Positions 59,990 to 64,000 of a DNA stretch of 64,000 nucleotides are shown here, one piece after another. Both the position numbers and the translations under genes were made by a program. Location of the stretch: the NCBI RefSeq assembly GCF_963921235.1, contig NC_086097.1, forward strand, positions 226,302,001 to 226,366,000, written 5' to 3'. How positions within the stretch are numbered: the first letter of the stretch is position 1; the number at the start of each line of letters is the position of its first letter. Below the pieces are notes generated by a model that did not search any database, had not been told where the DNA came from, and was given only the letters and a program-made list of their open reading frames with translations. Source of the stretch: Mobula hypostoma (taxonomy: Eukaryota).

Positions 59990-62298
59990 CCATAGAAACC
60001 ATAGAAAAACTACAGCACAGAAACAGGCCTTTTGGCCCTTCTTGGCTGTGCCGAACCATTTTCTGCCTAGTCCCACTGACCTGCACACGGACCATATCCC
60101 TCCATACACCTCCCATCCATGTATCTGTCCAATTTATTCTTAAATGTTAAAAAAGAACCCGTATTTACCACCTGGTCTGGCAGCTCATTCCATACTCCCA
60201 CCACTCTCTGTGTGAAGAAGCCCCCACTAATCTTCCCTTTAAACTTTTCCCCCCTCACCCTTAACCCATGTCCTCTGGTTTTTTTCTCCCCTTGCCTCAG
60301 TGGAAAAAGCCTGCTTGCATTCACTCTATCAATACCCATCATAATTTTATATACCTCTATTAAATCTCCCCTCATTCTTCTACGCTCCAGGGAATAAAGT
60401 CCTAACCTATTCAACCTTTCTCTGTAACTCAGTTTCTCAAGTCCCGGCAACATCCTGGTAAACCTTCTCTGCACTCTTTCAACCTTATTTATATCCTTCC
60501 TGTAATTTGGTGACCAAAACTGAACACAATACTCCAGATTCGGCCTCACCAATGCCTTATACAACCTCATCATAACATTCCAGCTCTTATACTCAATACT
60601 TCGATTAATAAAGGCCAATGTACCAAAAGCTCTCTTTACGACCCTATCTACCTGTGACGACACTTTTAGGGAATTTTGTATCTGTATTCCCAGATCCCTC
60701 TGTTCCACTGCACTCCTCAGTGCCTTACCATTAACCCTGTGTGTTCTACGTTGGTTTGTCCTTCCAACGTGCAATACCTCACACTTGTCAGTATTAAGCT
60801 CCATCTGCCATTTTTCAGCCCATTTTTCCAGCTGGTCCAAGTCCCTCTGCAGGCTCTGAAAACCTTCCTCACTGTCTACTACACCTCCAATCTTTGTATC
60901 ATCAGCAAACTTGCTGATCCAATTTACCACATTATCATCCAGATCATTGATATAGATGACAAATAACAATGGACCCAGCACTGATCCCTGTGGCACACCA
61001 CTAGTCACAGGCCTCCACTCAGAGAAGCAGTTCTCTACCACCACTCTCTGGCTTCTTCCATCGAGCCAATGTCTAATCCAATTTACCACCTCTCCATGCA
61101 TACCTAGCGACTGAATTTTCCAAACTAACCTCCCATGTGGGACCTTGTCAAAGGCCTTACTGAAATCCATGTAGACAATATCCACTGCCTTCCCATCATC
61201 CACTTTCCTGGTAAAGTCCTCAAGAAACTCCAACAGATTGGTCAAACATGACCTACTATGCACAAAGCCATGTTGACTCTCCCTAATAAGCCCCTGTCTA
61301 TCCAAATGCTTGTAGGTTCTGTCTCTTAGTACTCCCTCCAATAACTTACCTATTACTGACGTTAAACTCAACGGCCTGTTATTTCCCGGATTACTTTTCA
61401 ATCCTTTTTTAAACAATGGAGCAACATAAGCCACTCTCCAATCCACCGGCACTTCACCCGTAGACAGCGACATTCTAAATATTTCTGCCAGGGCCCCCGC
61501 AATTTCAACACTAGTCTCCTTCAAGGACCGAGGGAACACTCTGTCAAGTCCCGGGGATTTATCCACTTTAATTTTCCTCAAGACAGCAAGCACCTCCTCC
61601 TTTTCAATCTGTACAGTTTCCATGGTCTCACTACTTGATTCCCTCAATTCCATAGATTTCATGCCAGCTTCCTTAGTAAATACAGATGCAAAAAACCTAT
61701 TTAAGATCTCCCCCATTTCCTTTGGTTCCGCACAAAGCCGACCACTCTGATCTTCAAGAGGACCAATTTTATCCCTTACAATCCTTTTGCTCTTAATATA
61801 CTTGTAAAAGCTCTTTGGATTATCCTTCACTTTGACTGCCAAGGCAACCTCATGTCTTCTTTTGGCCCTCCTTATTTCTTTCTTAAGTATTTTCTTGCAC
61901 TTCTTATACTCCTCAAGCACCTGATTTACCCCCTGTTTCCTATACATTTCATACAACTCCCTCTTCTTCTTTATCAGAGTTGCAATATCCCTTGAGAACC
62001 AAGCTTCCTTATTCCTATTCAATTTGCCCTTAATCCTGACAGGAACATACAAACTCTGCACTCTCAAAATTTCCCCTTTGAAAGCTTCCCACCTACCAAT
62101 CACATCTTTGTCAGAGAACAACCTGTCCCAATCCACGCTTTTTAGATCCTTTCTCATTTCTTCAAATTTGGCCTTCTTCCAGTTCAGAACCTCAACCCTA
62201 GGACCAGATCTATCTTTGTCCATGATCAAATTGAAACTAATGGTGTTATGATCACTGGAACCAAAGTGCTCCCCTACACAGACTTCTGTCACTTGCCT
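59990..62298 (-). mobile_element. Young CR1 LINE, 5'-truncated; same subfamily as 13884-16720
   Basis: Near-identical by eye to 13884-16200; (CCATAGAAA)n tail. Confidence 0.95.
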
Positions 62299-62301
62299 CA
62301 A
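60067..62301 (-). CDS. CR1 ORF2, 744-aa uninterrupted frame: end of EN (SDH), linker, complete RT and C-terminus; lacks the native start
   Basis: GSSDHN, SQHGF, DFSKAFDKVPH, GVPQGSVLGP, KFADD, RRRMRGDLIEVYK, WNELP; no internal stop. Confidence 0.85.
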   Translation of the reverse strand: MRQVTEVCVGEHFGSSDHNTISFNLIMDKDRSGPRVEVLNWKKAKFEEMRKDLKSVDWDRLFSDKDVIGRWEAFKGEILRVQSLYVPVRIKGKLNRNKEAWFSRDIATLIKKKRELYEMYRKQGVNQVLEEYKKCKKILKKEIRRAKRRHEVALAVKVKDNPKSFYKYIKSKRIVRDKIGPLEDQSGRLCAEPKEMGEILNRFFASVFTKEAGMKSMELRESSSETMETVQIEKEEVLAVLRKIKVDKSPGLDRVFPRSLKETSVEIAGALAEIFRMSLSTGEVPVDWRVAYVAPLFKKGLKSNPGNNRPLSLTSVIGKLLEGVLRDRTYKHLDRQGLIRESQHGFVHSRSCLTNLLEFLEDFTRKVDDGKAVDIVYMDFSKAFDKVPHGRLVWKIQSLGMHGEVVNWIRHWLDGRSQRVVVENCFSEWRPVTSGVPQGSVLGPLLFVIYINDLDDNVVNWISKFADDTKIGGVVDSEEGFQSLQRDLDQLEKWAEKWQMELNTDKCEVLHVGRTNQRRTHRVNGKALRSAVEQRDLGIQIQNSLKVSSQVDRVVKRAFGTLAFINRSIEYKSWNVMMRLYKALVRPNLEYCVQFWSPNYRKDINKVERVQRRFTRMLPGLEKLSYRERLNRLGLYSLERRRMRGDLIEVYKIMMGIDRVNASRLFPLRQGEKKTRGHGLRVRGEKFKGKISGGFFTQRVVGVWNELPDQVVNTGSFLTFKNKLDRYMDGRCMEGYGPCAGQWD

Positions 62302-63074
62302 ATCTCTTGGATTTGTAACTGAAAATAAAAATGACTAAGTGATCTCAAAAAAGAAGGCAAAATAGTGCAGTACTGTTCATGAGTTTACAGACCTTTCAGA
62401 AATCTGATGATAGTGACGATGAAGAAACATGTTCCTAAATATATGATGCCTAGCTTCAGCAGAGCTTGTTTGGGGTGCATCCTGTAGAATCTGGACCACC
62501 ACTGCTTGGTATTTGCAGACGTGAGTGATGACATTGCTTTCTTTCAAGGAGAACTATGTTTAAACTACATTTAATTCAAATTTAATTTAACTTGAATGTC
62601 TAAATGTCTGTATCTGCATTGCAACAATTGTCTGAGCGTTGCTTAGATATTATTGCCTCCATATATAATCATGTATCAACTGTGATTGTGGGAATAGAAA
62701 TAAAACTATCACATAGATAATGTGACGAGTTAGTTCTGCATGAATGATTTTAGGTAAAATCCATACTTATGTGAAATTTATAACAGTGTGATTTCAAATG
62801 TTTGGAAAACCAGTTAAACTCAAGAACAGAGTCTTTTCTTTGTGTTATTCTAATGACTTTTCAATACTGCATTCCTAAATATTTTTAAGCTGAAAACTGA
62901 TGCCCTTTCCAAAGTATTTGCATCTTAATTGCATATGGATAGTTGCTGGACTGGAAACTATTGAAAGTTTGCAATGGCATTGTGAGGGGCAAAACCTTAA
63001 AGGAAACATCAAATTATACAGTAAATATAAAAATACAATGAAAAATATTTATTTACTTATTGAGAAAGAGTGTG

Positions 63075-63335
63075 GAATAGGCTCATTCTGCCCTTTGAGC
63101 CACGCTACCCAGAAATCCCCTGATTTAATCCAAGCCTAATCATGGAACAATTTATAATGACCCATTAACCTATCGACTGGTACATCTTTGGGCTGTGGGA
63201 GGAAGCTGGAGCACCCAGAGGAAACCCATGCAGTCACGGGGAAGAATGTACAAACTCCTTATAGACAGCAGTGGGAATTGAACCTGGGTTGTCTGTACTG
63301 TTAAGCACTGTGCTAACCATTACTCTGCCATGCTG
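63075..63335 (-). mobile_element. Full-length tRNA-derived SINE
   Basis: Minus strand A box TGGCAGAGTAATGGTTAGC, B box GGTTCAATTCC, CR1-like tail. Confidence 0.8.
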
Positions 63336-63799
63336 CTCCATGAAATATGATAACATGTAAGTACTTTGATAATGAATTTCCTTTGAACTTTGAATTTGGA
63401 ATTAATTATGCTATTGTAGTGCAGGAAAGGTACAACTGTGAGATCTCCTCGACCCTCAACATTGGCTTTGAATAAATAACACTGTGAACTTAATAAAATG
63501 TGGCTATAAAGTCCATCTTGTCATACAGAGCTAGATTGTGCCCTGGCCCCTGATGAGATCAGGAACAACATCAGAGCTTGTGATCATGACAAAGAGGGGC
63601 TGAGAATGCAATGCCTATATATGTTCACCTTCTATGATCTGGTTCTCAGGGACTGACAAATTCATGAGCTATGACATTGGTGTGAGTAGATAGATGCCTA
63701 CTTGGCATAATAACGAAAGGGCAGCACAAATGAGCTCACGACTGCTGAGTCTTCAATTTTTCAGCACAGCTACCATTGAATCAGGTCCTACAGTATCAC

Positions 63800-64000
63800 T
63801 AACACGAAATACTCTGCAGGTGCTGGGGTCAAAGCAACACTCAAAACACGCCGGAGGAACTCAGCAGGTCGGGCAGCATCCGTGGAAATGATCAGTCAAT
63901 GTTTCGGGCCGGAACCCTTCATCAGGACTGAAGAGGGAAGGGGCAGAGGCCCCACCTTCTTTATAGGGCCTCTGAGCCTTCCCTCTTCAGTCCTGATGAA
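63800..64000. repeat. Head-to-head inverted Penelope terminal repeats with hammerhead motifs on both strands (right arm runs off the window)
   Basis: TTCATCAGGACTGAAGAGGGAAGG (63918-63941) is the exact reverse complement of 63977-64000; minus strand CAGTC-CTGATGA-AGGG(TTCCGG)CCC-GAAA-CATT-GACTG. Confidence 0.88.

Overview
Repeat-dense, non-genic (intergenic or deep intronic) vertebrate DNA. The repeat complement (abundant CR1, Rex1/Babar-like, Penelope-like elements, tRNA-SINEs with CR1-type tails) suggests a cartilaginous fish, probably a ray; this is inference, not a database result. I found no host protein-coding exon, rRNA, tRNA gene or CRISPR array. Every recognisable ORF is transposon-derived. 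Highlights: (1) about 11 copies of a Penelope-type terminal repeat carrying a minimal type I hammerhead ribozyme motif. One copy (9152-9189) has a fully intact core and sits in a 152-bp insertion flanked by a 14-bp target-site duplication (TSD). Three loci hold these repeats as head-to-head inverted pairs. (2) A complete Gypsy-like LTR provirus (31357-36030; 5-bp TSD, tRNA-Leu PBS, gag with two zinc knuckles). Its pol is replaced by a same-strand CR1, its gag is split by a young CpG-rich SINE, and its 5' LTR keeps ZNF143/THAP11 and ETS motifs. (3) Several multi-level nested insertions with readable TSDs. (4) Two near-identical young CR1 copies, one with a 744-aa open RT frame. (5) Repeat-poor blocks that may hold conserved non-coding elements. 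Boundaries of decayed repeats are approximate, and family names come from motif recognition only.
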